Source: Patescibacteria group bacterium
GTDB taxonomy: Bacteria; Patescibacteriota; Patescibacteriia; SBBC01; CAIJZX01
Length of the DNA stretch: 64,000 bases
Direction of reading: 5' to 3'
Assembly (NCBI GenBank): GCA_038065275.1
Contig: JBBTRH010000005.1
Span: 103,195 to 167,194, forward strand
The notes beneath the pieces are model-generated. The model did no database searches, was not told where the DNA came from, and worked only from the letters and a program-made list of their open reading frames with translations. Shown piece by piece: positions 54,848-64,000 of this stretch (position 1 is the stretch's first letter; the number at the start of each line of letters is the position of its first letter). The position numbers and the translations under genes are program-made.

Positions 54848-57800
54848 TTACTGCCCCCGGAAATTCAGGGCCGGATTAGTCGTATCGTTGAACGGCCGAC
54901 AGCCGATAGCGGCGTCAACTTTGCCGTTGCAGGAGCCGGCGTTCGTTTCCAGCGACTGGCGCAGGTAGTAGTACGGCCGACAACCGGGCAGGCCGAGGCT
55001 GGGCTGGGTGTCGCCGCCGATGCAGAAGTGAACGCCGTCGGCGTCTTGGCAATCCAGGTCGTTCTGGCAATTCTGGCCGGCGCGTTCGCCGTCGGCGCAT
55101 TGCGTCCGCCGACAGGCGCCGTCGACGTAGTCCGGACTGCCGCCTTGCGACAAGGATAGCGGGCATTCCGAGCGGCAACCGGCCGGGTCGGTCGGGTCGC
55201 GGTATTCGGTACACCCGTTCTGTTCGGCCGGACAACTGCCGGCCAGATAGACGCAACTGTTCCGATTGACATCGGTCGGATTGTAACAATCACTGTCGTT
55301 ACTGCATGCTCCGACGGCGTACCGACCGTCGACGGGCGAGTAGATTTGACCGATCCGCGAGGCGTCTCCGGCGCAGACCCCGCCACCCGGACATTCATCA
55401 GCCGCCGCCGGCAACATCGTACAGGCTCGGCCGTCTCGGTCGCCCCCCACGCAACGCGGACTGCACGACGGCCCGACCGGTCGCCCCACCAACGGCGGGG
55501 TGACGATCGGGCAGGGTTGGCTGGTGCCGGTGATGTACCATTGGCCGTTGCCGTCGCCGCCGGTGCGGTAATCGCAGACTCGCTGTCCGGGGTCTTTGAA
55601 GTAGGCGGCCGTGCCGTCGGCGGTGGTGTAGACCTGGCAGGAGAGTTCATTGTTTTCGCACAAGTCCCGGCTATGGCGATCGGGATCGTTGATCAGGTAC
55701 TGCGACAGATAGCTGATGAGCTTCTGGTCCGGTCCGTAAGTCGGGCGGCCGACCGCTTCGCAACCTTTAGCCGCCGCCGGACAATAGACCGCCGGGTTGT
55801 TGACCAGGGTGTAGATGGTGTCGGCCGGCGTGGTGACGCCCTTGACCGTCTGGGCGAACGGGCTGGCGCTGTTGCGGGTGTCAATCAGCGCTTCACAGCC
55901 GACCACCTGTTCCGAGCAGAGACGGGTGAACGAGGTTAGGTAGTTGGTCGTCCCGCGGCGATCGCGGTAAGCCGCGCAACCGACTTCGGCGTCGGAGCAT
56001 TGCGGCAAAGTGGAACTGATTAGGTAGACATGGTCGTTAACCTCGGTCAGCGCCACGTTGTCGACGTAGGCTGAGCCGCCAGCCAAGAGCAAAGCCAGCT
56101 GAGCGTCCGACCGGTCTTGATTAACCAATATCGGACCGAGGGTATAGCTCCGCCATTCCGGCCCCTTGGGGGTGATGTTATCGTTCCAGGTGGCGGCCGC
56201 GGTACCCGGGAAAGTAGTTTCGTTGGCTAAACCGGCGTTAAAGGGCTGGAAAGTATTGCCGTTCAACCGGCCGAAGGCGGCGGTGATCGTGGCTGGTGTC
56301 GAGCTCGCCGCCGCCGCCGTGAAGGTCAGCAGGTAGGTGCGGCCGGCGTAGATTTGGTTGGCCAGGGCCGCGTTTTTGGTCACAGCCGCCGATGACGGAC
56401 CGGCGGCGTCGATCAGCATCGAGTGGCCGTTGAGGTTGACCGACGCGTTCGAAGCCGTGCCGCCGTTCCAATTAGCGGTGCCGTTGTTTTCAAAATTGTC
56501 GCTGAATACTTGGCGGGTGGTGCCGCTGGCGTTGCCGGTGTAGGCCCGACAACCGGCCGCGGCGGCGCCGCAAGTCAGGTTTTCCTTGGTCGACAGGTAG
56601 TAGATATCATTCTGATGGGCTGGATCAGACTGGTCGATGGTATTGCGGTAGGGGTGACAATCTTCGGTAATGGAAACTGTTTTGGCTCGCAGGCGGTAAT
56701 AAATATTCAGCGCTGAGTCATAGTACTGCGAGCAGTCGGCGTTCTTGGCCAGGTCGCCGGCCGCGCTACAGTTGACTTGGGCGGCGCTTACCGTCGCGTC
56801 CGTATCGTTGCAGACCGGATTGTCGGTCACCGTGCCAATCTTCAACGACGTGCATGGTGCGCCGTCGGGGCGATTCGACTTGACCAGGTCATATGAACGC
56901 AGAACGTAGCCGAGTTTCGCGTCGCCGACCCAGGTATAATACGTGGCCGATTCGACCGGCGACTTGATTTGGGCGGGTTTCAGGCATTGCTTGACCGACT
57001 TGAAGTACTCCTTTCCTTCCCCGCCTTTTGCCACTTCATCGAGGTTGGTGTACTCTTCGCACCCGACGTCGGCGGCCGAGCAGATTTGACCCTGCGGGAT
57101 AACGACATTGACTGCTCCGCCGGAGCGGGGCGGCACGCCGGTAATCGGTTCGAGCTGGTAGGTCGCGCAGCCGACTTTATCGGCGCTGCAGCGGTTGCTG
57201 TTGCGCACCTGGCCGTTGATGTCGCTCCCGCCGGCCAGCGGCGTGTAGGTTTGGCAACCGACGTCGGCGACCGCGCATTGCTGGCGCTGGCCGTTGAGGT
57301 AGACGGCGTTGATCGTGCCGTAGTCGCGGTACGGCGACGGACCGGCCGACTCTTCAAGTTGGGCGCTGTCGATGATAAGTTCCTTGTCGGCGCAGTCGTT
57401 CAGCCGAATGGCCGCTTTCAGGTCGAGGGTCGGCGACGTGAACGTTATTTGATCCGTCCCGGGGATACTCAACGTCACGTCGTACGTATCCCACTCGGTC
57501 GTGACGGCTATGTTCGGCTGGTCGTTGCCCGGTACGCGCGGCCGATCACCCTGGGTAGTATCCGGTTCAAGCATCAGGGTCGCCGCGCAGGCGGTCTGGG
57601 CCTTGGCGCGAACCGACAGCGTGAATGAGCGTTCATACAGGTCGTAACCGGTATAGACGACCTGGGTTAAGGTAGCGGACGGAGTGTCGGACAGAGCGCC
57701 GGCCAGACTAACCGCGGCCGTGTTATTGGCCGTAAAGGCCGAGTCGCTGGCCGTGACCGGGAGAGCGCCGAGCGTCAGACTTTTGGCCCAACCGGCGTAG

Positions 57801-60532
57801 TTGGCGGAGAAGCCGCTGTCGAGCGGCTGATCGAAAGTTTCAAATCCGCTGTTGGCCAGGAGGTTCGTGCCGTCGGCGGTGCGCAAGAACTGGCGACAGC
57901 CGGCTTGCGATGACTGGCACTGTTGGACCTGGCCGGTGAAGTTGATAGTGTCGGGGTCGGAGCCGGGGCAGGTCTGGGTGATCGGGTCGTAACTCGTCGT
58001 GCTACAGTATTGCGTACAGCCGGCGTTATCGGCGTTGCAATTCCGGCTATCGAGCGTATTCGCCAGATAGGCTACCTGTTGGCCGACCGGATCGATGTAA
58101 GCGGTGCAACTGCTGTTCTCGGCCGAACACTGCGTGCCGTCGAACTTAAACTGCTGGCGCTCCTGGACGCAGTAGCCGAACGCTTGGCAACTGCCGTCTT
58201 CATTTTCGGCGATGCAGGACTGCGCGTCGGCGCAGGTGTCGCTGTTCCGCTCGATCACCCAGCGTCCGACGTCGGGGCGGGGGTTATTAGTAGTCGAGGC
58301 GACGCAATTCGGGGCTCCAGTATCCTGGCAGTCGCTGTTCGGCCCGCACGTTACGCCGGCCGGGATGACGTTGCCGGTCGTGGCGTCGACGTTGTTCTGG
58401 TCGCAGACGAATTCCTTGGCGATGATTTCTTCGCCGGCGCCTTGGCGGCGGCAGTACGTCTGCGGCGCCTTCAGGACCCAGTTCGGGTCGACCAGGCCGC
58501 AATACGGACTGGCGCCGCAAGTGATGGTGGCGTTATTTTCATCAACACCGCAGTCGTTGTCCTGCTGGCAAGATTGGTCGGCTTTAGTACCACGGGTGCA
58601 AACCGCATTTGTCTTGACGCGTGACGACACGACGCACGTATTCGTCGGATCAACATCGGTCGGGCACTGAGTATTCGTAGTGCAGTCGTTCCCGCCGACC
58701 GTACAGGTTTTTTTCACTTCCTCCTGACCGCACATGTTGTACCGGCTGGTCAAGTAACCGAGGCTGAGATCGCGGTGGTCGAAGAGCTGGCTGTACTTGG
58801 CCGCCAGTTCCCACCCGACCGGCGTGACCCGGAACTTGCGCAGATACTGCAGGGCCCGGAACGGATAGCCGTCGCGCGGCTCGACGCCGTTCTTGTCGAA
58901 CCCGAACGTCTTTTGCGGATCCAACAAACGCTGATCGAGCGCTTCTTTAACCGTCATCGTCCCCTCGATCGCCTGCCGGAACTGGGCGTCGATCAATCCG
59001 TTGCTGGACAATTGGTCGGTAATGCTGATTTCGTTCCGGCCGGGATCGCCGGTGGTAATCTGCGCTTGGCCGAGCTTGGCGTACAGGAGCTGGGCCCCGG
59101 CCGTTCCGGTCGGGCCGCCCGATCCGAAGACCAGCTGGCCGATGGTTGACCGGGCGTTCGACGGCCCCTTGCATAAATCCGGGTTCAGCCCGCACTTGCT
59201 CTTGAAATAATTGGCCAGCGCCTTGCCGACCGGACTGTTGAGAAACGAGGCGATGCCCTTAAGGACGTCGGCCACCGATGTTCCGGTATAAGTAAACTGG
59301 CCGCTCTGGCCGATGAAGGGGATGCCGAGCAAAGTGGAAGCGGTCGACGATGGCGATTTTACTTCTTCGCTGACCTTGGTCGTGACCGGCAGGACGTTCG
59401 GGTTGAGGTTCGTTTGTTCGCCGGTGACGACTTCCTGGATCTTCGCCGTCATTGCTCCGGCGGCGGTCAGAAACTGGCCGAGATCGCTCTTGTCGAGGGA
59501 TAAAGCGTTGGCTAACGCCGCCGGCGCCTTCCGCGGATCGGCGTTTTGGACGGCGCTGAAGATGTCGGTGGCGGTGAACCCGCTGATGGCGTTGGTGGCC
59601 GCGGTACCCTGCGCCTGGCAGGATTGATAACACTGGTTCGTCTCGGCTTGGGCGGCGGCTCCTTCATTATAAAAGGCCTCCTCTTGGCGTGTGTCACAGT
59701 CATCTAGTGTCATCGAGCCCTCAGTATATGAAGCCTCGGGATCGATAATCCAGGTCGTAGCGGTGCCGTTCGTCCGGCCTTCAGTCACGCCGCGGCAGAC
59801 GAAGTCCGTCGCTGTTTTAGCTTCCTTGGTTAGAAGCTGTAGGGTTCCGCCGGGTCCCAGCATGAAAAATTTCAGTTTCAAAATTTTCGCCTCATGGTCA
59901 TTGCGGGTCATGTTCATGAGCATTTCCGGTAAGTCGGTTTCTTTTACTTTTGTCCAATCTATTGAATCGATCGCGGCGGTCGATATGCTGAAGTTGTTAT
60001 CGCAATCCTGTTTGCACTGGGTCGTCAATCCGCCGACGACTTGCCCGGCTTGAGCGCGCAGGAGTCGTGTAATCAAAAATTTTCCGCGGGCGCCGCTGAA
60101 GGACGTGCCCGGCCCGGTTTCGCCGGTCGCGCCGCGCGAGAAGTCGTCGATAAAGTCGCCGGCCGCGGCGTTGGAGACGTTCTTGAAAAACTTCTTGGGG
60201 TTGGTCAGGAACAGCGGTTTCTGGCCCGGTCCGACGGTGGCCAGCTGGGTTTGAACTTCCCTAAGCAGTCGCGCTTGAAAAATTTCCAATGAGCTCTTGA
60301 AAGCGATATCGCCGACGGTTTTATATTTGCTAGCAACTTTTTTTACAACATCATCAATTTTTTTGGCAACCTTCGCAGGAATGTCGACGATAATTTGAAC
60401 TAGTGTAGGTGGGACAACCTGAACGGCAAATTGTGCTTTAGCCGACTGCGGGAAAACCGCCAACAGCGCCACCGACAGTAGCGTCAGAGTGGCAAGGGCT
60501 AACCGATATCGTCTCGAGGACGGTCGGGACAT
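54848..60532 (-). CDS. giant Cys-rich surface protein (about 1894 aa)
   Basis: Probable start MSRPSSRRYRLALATLTLLSVALLAVFPQSAKAQ (ATG 60532), 4 nt after the upstream stop. Confidence 0.6.
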   Translation of the reverse strand: MSRPSSRRYRLALATLTLLSVALLAVFPQSAKAQFAVQVVPPTLVQIIVDIPAKVAKKIDDVVKKVASKYKTVGDIAFKSSLEIFQARLLREVQTQLATVGPGQKPLFLTNPKKFFKNVSNAAAGDFIDDFSRGATGETGPGTSFSGARGKFLITRLLRAQAGQVVGGLTTQCKQDCDNNFSISTAAIDSIDWTKVKETDLPEMLMNMTRNDHEAKILKLKFFMLGPGGTLQLLTKEAKTATDFVCRGVTEGRTNGTATTWIIDPEASYTEGSMTLDDCDTRQEEAFYNEGAAAQAETNQCYQSCQAQGTAATNAISGFTATDIFSAVQNADPRKAPAALANALSLDKSDLGQFLTAAGAMTAKIQEVVTGEQTNLNPNVLPVTTKVSEEVKSPSSTASTLLGIPFIGQSGQFTYTGTSVADVLKGIASFLNSPVGKALANYFKSKCGLNPDLCKGPSNARSTIGQLVFGSGGPTGTAGAQLLYAKLGQAQITTGDPGRNEISITDQLSSNGLIDAQFRQAIEGTMTVKEALDQRLLDPQKTFGFDKNGVEPRDGYPFRALQYLRKFRVTPVGWELAAKYSQLFDHRDLSLGYLTSRYNMCGQEEVKKTCTVGGNDCTTNTQCPTDVDPTNTCVVSSRVKTNAVCTRGTKADQSCQQDNDCGVDENNATITCGASPYCGLVDPNWVLKAPQTYCRRQGAGEEIIAKEFVCDQNNVDATTGNVIPAGVTCGPNSDCQDTGAPNCVASTTNNPRPDVGRWVIERNSDTCADAQSCIAENEDGSCQAFGYCVQERQQFKFDGTQCSAENSSCTAYIDPVGQQVAYLANTLDSRNCNADNAGCTQYCSTTSYDPITQTCPGSDPDTINFTGQVQQCQSSQAGCRQFLRTADGTNLLANSGFETFDQPLDSGFSANYAGWAKSLTLGALPVTASDSAFTANNTAAVSLAGALSDTPSATLTQVVYTGYDLYERSFTLSVRAKAQTACAATLMLEPDTTQGDRPRVPGNDQPNIAVTTEWDTYDVTLSIPGTDQITFTSPTLDLKAAIRLNDCADKELIIDSAQLEESAGPSPYRDYGTINAVYLNGQRQQCAVADVGCQTYTPLAGGSDINGQVRNSNRCSADKVGCATYQLEPITGVPPRSGGAVNVVIPQGQICSAADVGCEEYTNLDEVAKGGEGKEYFKSVKQCLKPAQIKSPVESATYYTWVGDAKLGYVLRSYDLVKSNRPDGAPCTSLKIGTVTDNPVCNDTDATVSAAQVNCSAAGDLAKNADCSQYYDSALNIYYRLRAKTVSITEDCHPYRNTIDQSDPAHQNDIYYLSTKENLTCGAAAAGCRAYTGNASGTTRQVFSDNFENNGTANWNGGTASNASVNLNGHSMLIDAAGPSSAAVTKNAALANQIYAGRTYLLTFTAAAASSTPATITAAFGRLNGNTFQPFNAGLANETTFPGTAAATWNDNITPKGPEWRSYTLGPILVNQDRSDAQLALLLAGGSAYVDNVALTEVNDHVYLISSTLPQCSDAEVGCAAYRDRRGTTNYLTSFTRLCSEQVVGCEALIDTRNSASPFAQTVKGVTTPADTIYTLVNNPAVYCPAAAKGCEAVGRPTYGPDQKLISYLSQYLINDPDRHSRDLCENNELSCQVYTTADGTAAYFKDPGQRVCDYRTGGDGNGQWYITGTSQPCPIVTPPLVGRPVGPSCSPRCVGGDRDGRACTMLPAAADECPGGGVCAGDASRIGQIYSPVDGRYAVGACSNDSDCYNPTDVNRNSCVYLAGSCPAEQNGCTEYRDPTDPAGCRSECPLSLSQGGSPDYVDGACRRTQCADGERAGQNCQNDLDCQDADGVHFCIGGDTQPSLGLPGCRPYYYLRQSLETNAGSCNGKVDAAIGCRPFNDTTNPALNFRGQ

Positions 60533-60536
60533 GGAA

Positions 60537-61361
60537 TTACTGGCTGGTTTTGATTGCTTCTTGAAAAATTTGTCGGAGAGTGGCGTCATCGACCGCGTTG
60601 AGGGTGGCCTGGTCGAGGCCGTTCTGAACAAGGAGCTGGCGGATTTCGGCCGGCGTCAACTGTTGAAGCTGGGACAGCGCCGGCGGCGTGGACGCGTTGG
60701 TATTGGCGATTGATGGGACGGCGGTATTGGCGTTTTCGGCGGAACCGTTGGTGTTAGCGGTTGCATTAGTATTAGTCGCCGGCTGGCTCTTGACCACCTG
60801 CCGGTAGATGCCGAGCAGGCTGGCGTCATCCGTTTGATCGAGCGTCGACTGCGACACTCCGGCCGAAGCCAGGGCGCGGCGGAGGAATTCGGGGGTCAGC
60901 TGGCCCTGGGCGTCGACCGGCGAGGTCAAGAGGCGGAATCCTTCACAGACCTTCCCCTGCGGACAGTTCGGGTCGGTGCCTTTGTCGATTTCCGCTTGGT
61001 CCGACGCGCCGTCGCCGTCGGAGTCCTTCAGGTAGGGGCTGGTGCGGGTTTTGTACAGCTCGTCGTAGTCGGAGATGCCGTCGCCGTCGGTGTCTTTCTG
61101 TTTCAACTTCTCCAGTTCAGCCACGGCGGCGACGGCGACCGCGTTCGCATTGGCCGTCGGCTGGGGCCTTGCCGTAGTGGCGACGATGCCGCGGTAGATG
61201 AGCCAGCCGCTCGCCCCCAGCGCCAGTAATCCGATGATGACAATCGACCGGTAGGCGCGCGGCGTATCAAGCGCTCCGACCGGCGTCGAACCGGACGTAA
61301 CTCCAACCAGACCGTCGGAAACTCGTCGGCCCAGGTTTTTCAACCATGCTGGGGTGAGCAT
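60537..61361 (-). CDS. membrane-anchored protein with thrombospondin type-3-like Ca-binding repeats (DTDGDGISDYDE, DSDGDGASDQAE)
   Basis: First gene downstream of the 61479..61512 promoter. Confidence 0.5.
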   Translation of the reverse strand: MLTPAWLKNLGRRVSDGLVGVTSGSTPVGALDTPRAYRSIVIIGLLALGASGWLIYRGIVATTARPQPTANANAVAVAAVAELEKLKQKDTDGDGISDYDELYKTRTSPYLKDSDGDGASDQAEIDKGTDPNCPQGKVCEGFRLLTSPVDAQGQLTPEFLRRALASAGVSQSTLDQTDDASLLGIYRQVVKSQPATNTNATANTNGSAENANTAVPSIANTNASTPPALSQLQQLTPAEIRQLLVQNGLDQATLNAVDDATLRQIFQEAIKTSQ

Positions 61362-61478
61362 TATTTTACTTTATGTATGTGAGAGAAAAAACTTGCTCGA
61401 GCCGACTCGAGCCGAGGCGACGTTATCCAGAAAAATGCGGATCTATCCACAAGGGAAAGGGGCGAAAAAACTGTCTTT

Positions 61479-61512
61479 ACTATAGCACAGAAGACCCCTA
61501 TCGTCAACTGAA
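61479..61512 (-). promoter_or_regulatory. strong sigma70-like promoter TTGACG-N17-(TG)cTATAGT (minus strand) heading the surface-protein/T4SS supercluster
   Basis: Minus-strand GTTGACGATAGGGGTCTTCTGTGCTATAGT. Overlaps the 3' end of rsmA. Confidence 0.45.
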
Positions 61513-62319
61513 CTTTTTCGCCATACTCAGCCAATTTTCGAGGCTAAGCTCTTGCGGCCGGACCGTGGCCGGCAGGCCGATGGACGCGAGGTGTTGAATG
61601 ACTACTTCCGATTCAAGACGGCGAGTGGCGGCGATGGTATTGTGCAGTTGTTTACGACGCGAGGAAAAACCGGCGCGCATTAGGCGGAACAGCGCGCGAT
61701 CGAAGTCCGGGTTAACTGGCCGGAGGTCGTGGCCGTGTACCACCGACGAAGTGACCTTGGGAGCGGGGAAAAAACTTGACGGCGGAACGTCGAACAGGCA
61801 GGTCGGGCGGCAGTAGTGCTGTACCGTCAACGCCAGCAAGCTCATCGCGCCCGGCCGAGCGGTGATTCGTTTGGCGACGTCGCGCTGGATCATGACGGTC
61901 ATTGACGATGGCCGCGGGGAGAGGGTTAAAAAATTTCGAAAAACCAGTGACGTGGCGCTGTAAGGTAAATTCGCGACCAAGGCGTACTCACCCTCTTTAA
62001 ACAATTCGCTCAGGTTAACTTTGAAAATATCATTATTGATTAACCGTAATCGGGTTTGCCCCTTGAAGGCCTGTTTCATGTAAGCATACAGTCGCGTATC
62101 CAATTCAACGGCAATCACCTTCGCCCCGTGATGCAATAATGCTCGAGTTAGAATTCCCAACCCTGGGCCGATTTCCAAAACCGGCTGTCCGTCCTTGATC
62201 CCAGCGGCATCAACCATCGATTCCGCGATCCTCTCTTCAAGCAAAAAATTTTGTCCGGCGGCCTGTTGCGGACGGAGGCCGATGGTGCGGAGTATGCGTC
62301 GAGCTTCGATCGGGGTCAT
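61504..62319 (-). CDS. rsmA: 16S rRNA (adenine1518/1519-N6)-dimethyltransferase RsmA/KsgA
   Basis: QNFL, LEIGPGLG, ANLPY motifs. Confidence 0.85.
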   Translation of the reverse strand: MTPIEARRILRTIGLRPQQAAGQNFLLEERIAESMVDAAGIKDGQPVLEIGPGLGILTRALLHHGAKVIAVELDTRLYAYMKQAFKGQTRLRLINNDIFKVNLSELFKEGEYALVANLPYSATSLVFRNFLTLSPRPSSMTVMIQRDVAKRITARPGAMSLLALTVQHYCRPTCLFDVPPSSFFPAPKVTSSVVHGHDLRPVNPDFDRALFRLMRAGFSSRRKQLHNTIAATRRLESEVVIQHLASIGLPATVRPQELSLENWLSMAKKFS

Positions 62320-62349
62320 CCCATTAGAATGTTCTAGCTTCTAACGGGG
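62320..62349. repeat. Inverted-repeat module 6 (minimal): CCCATTAGAA-tgttctagc-TTCTAACGGGG hairpin between the MFS stop and the rsmA ATG
   Basis: Stop TGA at 62350..62352 and ATG at 62317..62319 abut the arms. One mismatch in the stem. Confidence 0.7.
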
Positions 62350-63519
62350 TCATCGGACCAGGAACAGAAAGTACAGGAGCGAGACTGCGGCGGCGGCGGT
62401 GAAGGCGGCGGTAAACGGCGGGACGAAAGCGGCCAGGACGATGACCGCGGCGGCGATCAACGTCTTGCCGAGCGCGAACCCTTGCTCGTACAGCACCGAC
62501 CGTTCAATGACCTTGTGCTCCCGTAATGCTTTGCTGTAACTGGCGGTCGTCAAGCTGACGTAGGTGGTGTTTTTCGCGATCCGGCCGATAGTATCGCTGG
62601 TGAAGACCGCGCCGACGGTGTTCAGGAACGGTCGGATCAGCCAGACTGCGACCGTCACCAGCGCCCCCCAACGGAGCGTCCGGACCGGCTGGTTGCGGTC
62701 AATCAGGCGGCCGATGTACAGCGTCACCAGCGCCGTCAGGAACGCCGCCGCGGCCAGCGCCCCGCCCATCCGCTCGTAAGTCGTGAAGGTCAGCGCGATG
62801 AACACCGGCCAGACGACGAGCATTATCAACTCCTCGCCCAGGGACAAGTAGGCCAGCGTACTGCGGAGGTGGAACCTGGTGAACGGTTGGATGAGCATCC
62901 GGCCGTAACTCATCAGCGTCCCGTGGTAAGTTGTCGGCGCGATGAACAGCGGCAGGTTGGACAGCACAATCAGCGCCATCACCAGGATGAACAGCACGTT
63001 GAAACCGGACTGCTGGATGATCAAGCCGCCGAGCGCCGGACCGATGATGTACACCATAGTCGACAGCGACCACAGTCCGGAGAACTCTTTGCCCCGCTCA
63101 TCCGGATCGGAGTTGAGGATGAAGTCGGTGTGATAGGCCGGCCAGTAGAGCGTCTTCTGGAGCGAGAAAAAGATCGGCGCGATCCAGAAGAACGCTCCCG
63201 CCCGGGCGACCAGGAGCAAGCTGAGGTAGTAGCCGATGAGCATGATCGAGCTGGCGGCCATGCTCCGGGCCGGACCGACCCGGGCCACGACTTGGCCGCC
63301 TAAGGGGACCAGGAAGTAGTACAACCCGTAGACGACGACGTAGTAGAGCAGGATATGCTGGATGGTGTACCCCAGCCGGTAGAGATAAACCGGCTCGAAC
63401 AGCACGACCATGGCCAAAGCGAAATCCAGCACCGTCACGGCGATATACAATCCGCCCAGCCGGCGGTTGATCCGCCGGTGAAAGTAGGAAGGGAAATGGT
63501 GGGCGGCGAGGTTAAACAT
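62350..63519 (-). CDS. MFS transporter
   Basis: 389 aa, about 12 TM helices. Confidence 0.75.
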   Translation of the reverse strand: MFNLAAHHFPSYFHRRINRRLGGLYIAVTVLDFALAMVVLFEPVYLYRLGYTIQHILLYYVVVYGLYYFLVPLGGQVVARVGPARSMAASSIMLIGYYLSLLLVARAGAFFWIAPIFFSLQKTLYWPAYHTDFILNSDPDERGKEFSGLWSLSTMVYIIGPALGGLIIQQSGFNVLFILVMALIVLSNLPLFIAPTTYHGTLMSYGRMLIQPFTRFHLRSTLAYLSLGEELIMLVVWPVFIALTFTTYERMGGALAAAAFLTALVTLYIGRLIDRNQPVRTLRWGALVTVAVWLIRPFLNTVGAVFTSDTIGRIAKNTTYVSLTTASYSKALREHKVIERSVLYEQGFALGKTLIAAAVIVLAAFVPPFTAAFTAAAAVSLLYFLFLVR

Positions 63520-64000
63520 GGACTGCGCCTAAGCGGTGGGTGATGATGCGGCGGCGTTGATATTCGATGACGGTCGACGGTTTCTGTTGATTTCCGCACC
63601 GACCAGGCATGATCAGTATACCAGGAAAATCACGTTTGACCTTGTGCCTAGATTTCGTCGGGGGTTGACTGGAGATATTGGCGCTGGTCGCCGTTAACGG
63701 CACACCCGCGTTTTTCGCCAACCGCCGCGCTCCCGCGTGCGCCGGCACCCGGACGCCGACTTTCGCTTGCCCCCTCCTTCGCGGAAGGAGGGGCGAAGGG
63801 GTGGTTAAACCAAGTAGTGCAGAAACCGCGATTTGCCTTTTAGGTTTCAGCAACATCGTCAACGCCCCAGGCCAATACTTCTTCGCCAACCGTAATTCCT
63901 CCGCCGACAGATAAAAAAACTTCCGCACTTGGCGTAAATCTGCCGCGATCAGCGCGATTGGATTTCCGCGCGCACGATGTTTCACGAGGAACAGTTGGCG
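63512..64000 (-). CDS. tsaC: L-threonylcarbamoyladenylate synthase TsaC/YrdC (5' end beyond window)
   Basis: VGVRVP.H...PLTATSANISSQP YrdC motifs. Contains an in-frame 26-nt perfect palindrome at 63769..63794. Confidence 0.5.
   Translation of the reverse strand, partial: RQLFLVKHRARGNPIALIAADLRQVRKFFYLSAEELRLAKKYWPGALTMLLKPKRQIAVSALLGLTTPSPLLPRRRGQAKVGVRVPAHAGARRLAKNAGVPLTATSANISSQPPTKSRHKVKRDFPGILIMPGRCGNQQKPSTVIEYQRRRIITHRLGAVHV

Overview
This is a GC-rich bacterial window. Intergenic regions are AT-rich and Shine-Dalgarno use is weak, with many starts near-leaderless. Almost all of it belongs to three blocks.

Block 1 (minus strand, 16.7 kb down to 0.3 kb): three paralogous secreted proteins, a 1449-aa surface protein, then a secretin-less type IV pilus operon in the order pilM-pilN-pilO-small protein-pilB-CheY-like receiver-pilT-pilC.

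Block 2 (plus strand, 16.9 to 28.4 kb): housekeeping genes (LemA, HtpX, ClpC-type chaperone, ComFC, RecG). It also carries two small GIY-YIG ORFs, tRNA-Arg, and a tRNA-Ser locus full of truncated tRNA-Ser copies and hairpin repeats.

Block 3 (minus strand, 61.4 kb down to 28.4 kb): one continuous cluster that starts at a strong promoter (about 61479..61512) and contains, in order:
- a TSP3-repeat protein and four giant Cys-rich, FN3, beta-helix or BNR surface proteins (724 to 1894 aa);
- a VirB6-like polytopic membrane protein;
- a T4SS-like module: a PrgI/VirB3-like protein, a VirB4 ATPase split into two overlapping ORFs, a proline-rich membrane protein, a TolB-like beta-propeller, and two VirB2/TrbC-pilin-like fusion proteins, one carrying a lytic-transglycosylase domain.
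No relaxase, VirD4 or secretin is present in the window.

The window ends with rsmA, an MFS transporter and a partial tsaC.

Three things stand out that ordinary annotation does not explain.
(a) An inverted-repeat module, CCCCGTTAGAAG ... CTTCTAACGGGG, recurs six times. It brackets spacers of 8 to 155 nt, with the upstream stop codon and the downstream ATG abutting the two arms.
(b) A 110-bp doubly palindromic structured repeat sits, in two copies, exactly at the junctions between the surface-protein genes and the pilus or T4SS machinery operons.
(c) A recurring extended -10 promoter, TGCTAyAnT, is present, including a leaderless recG.
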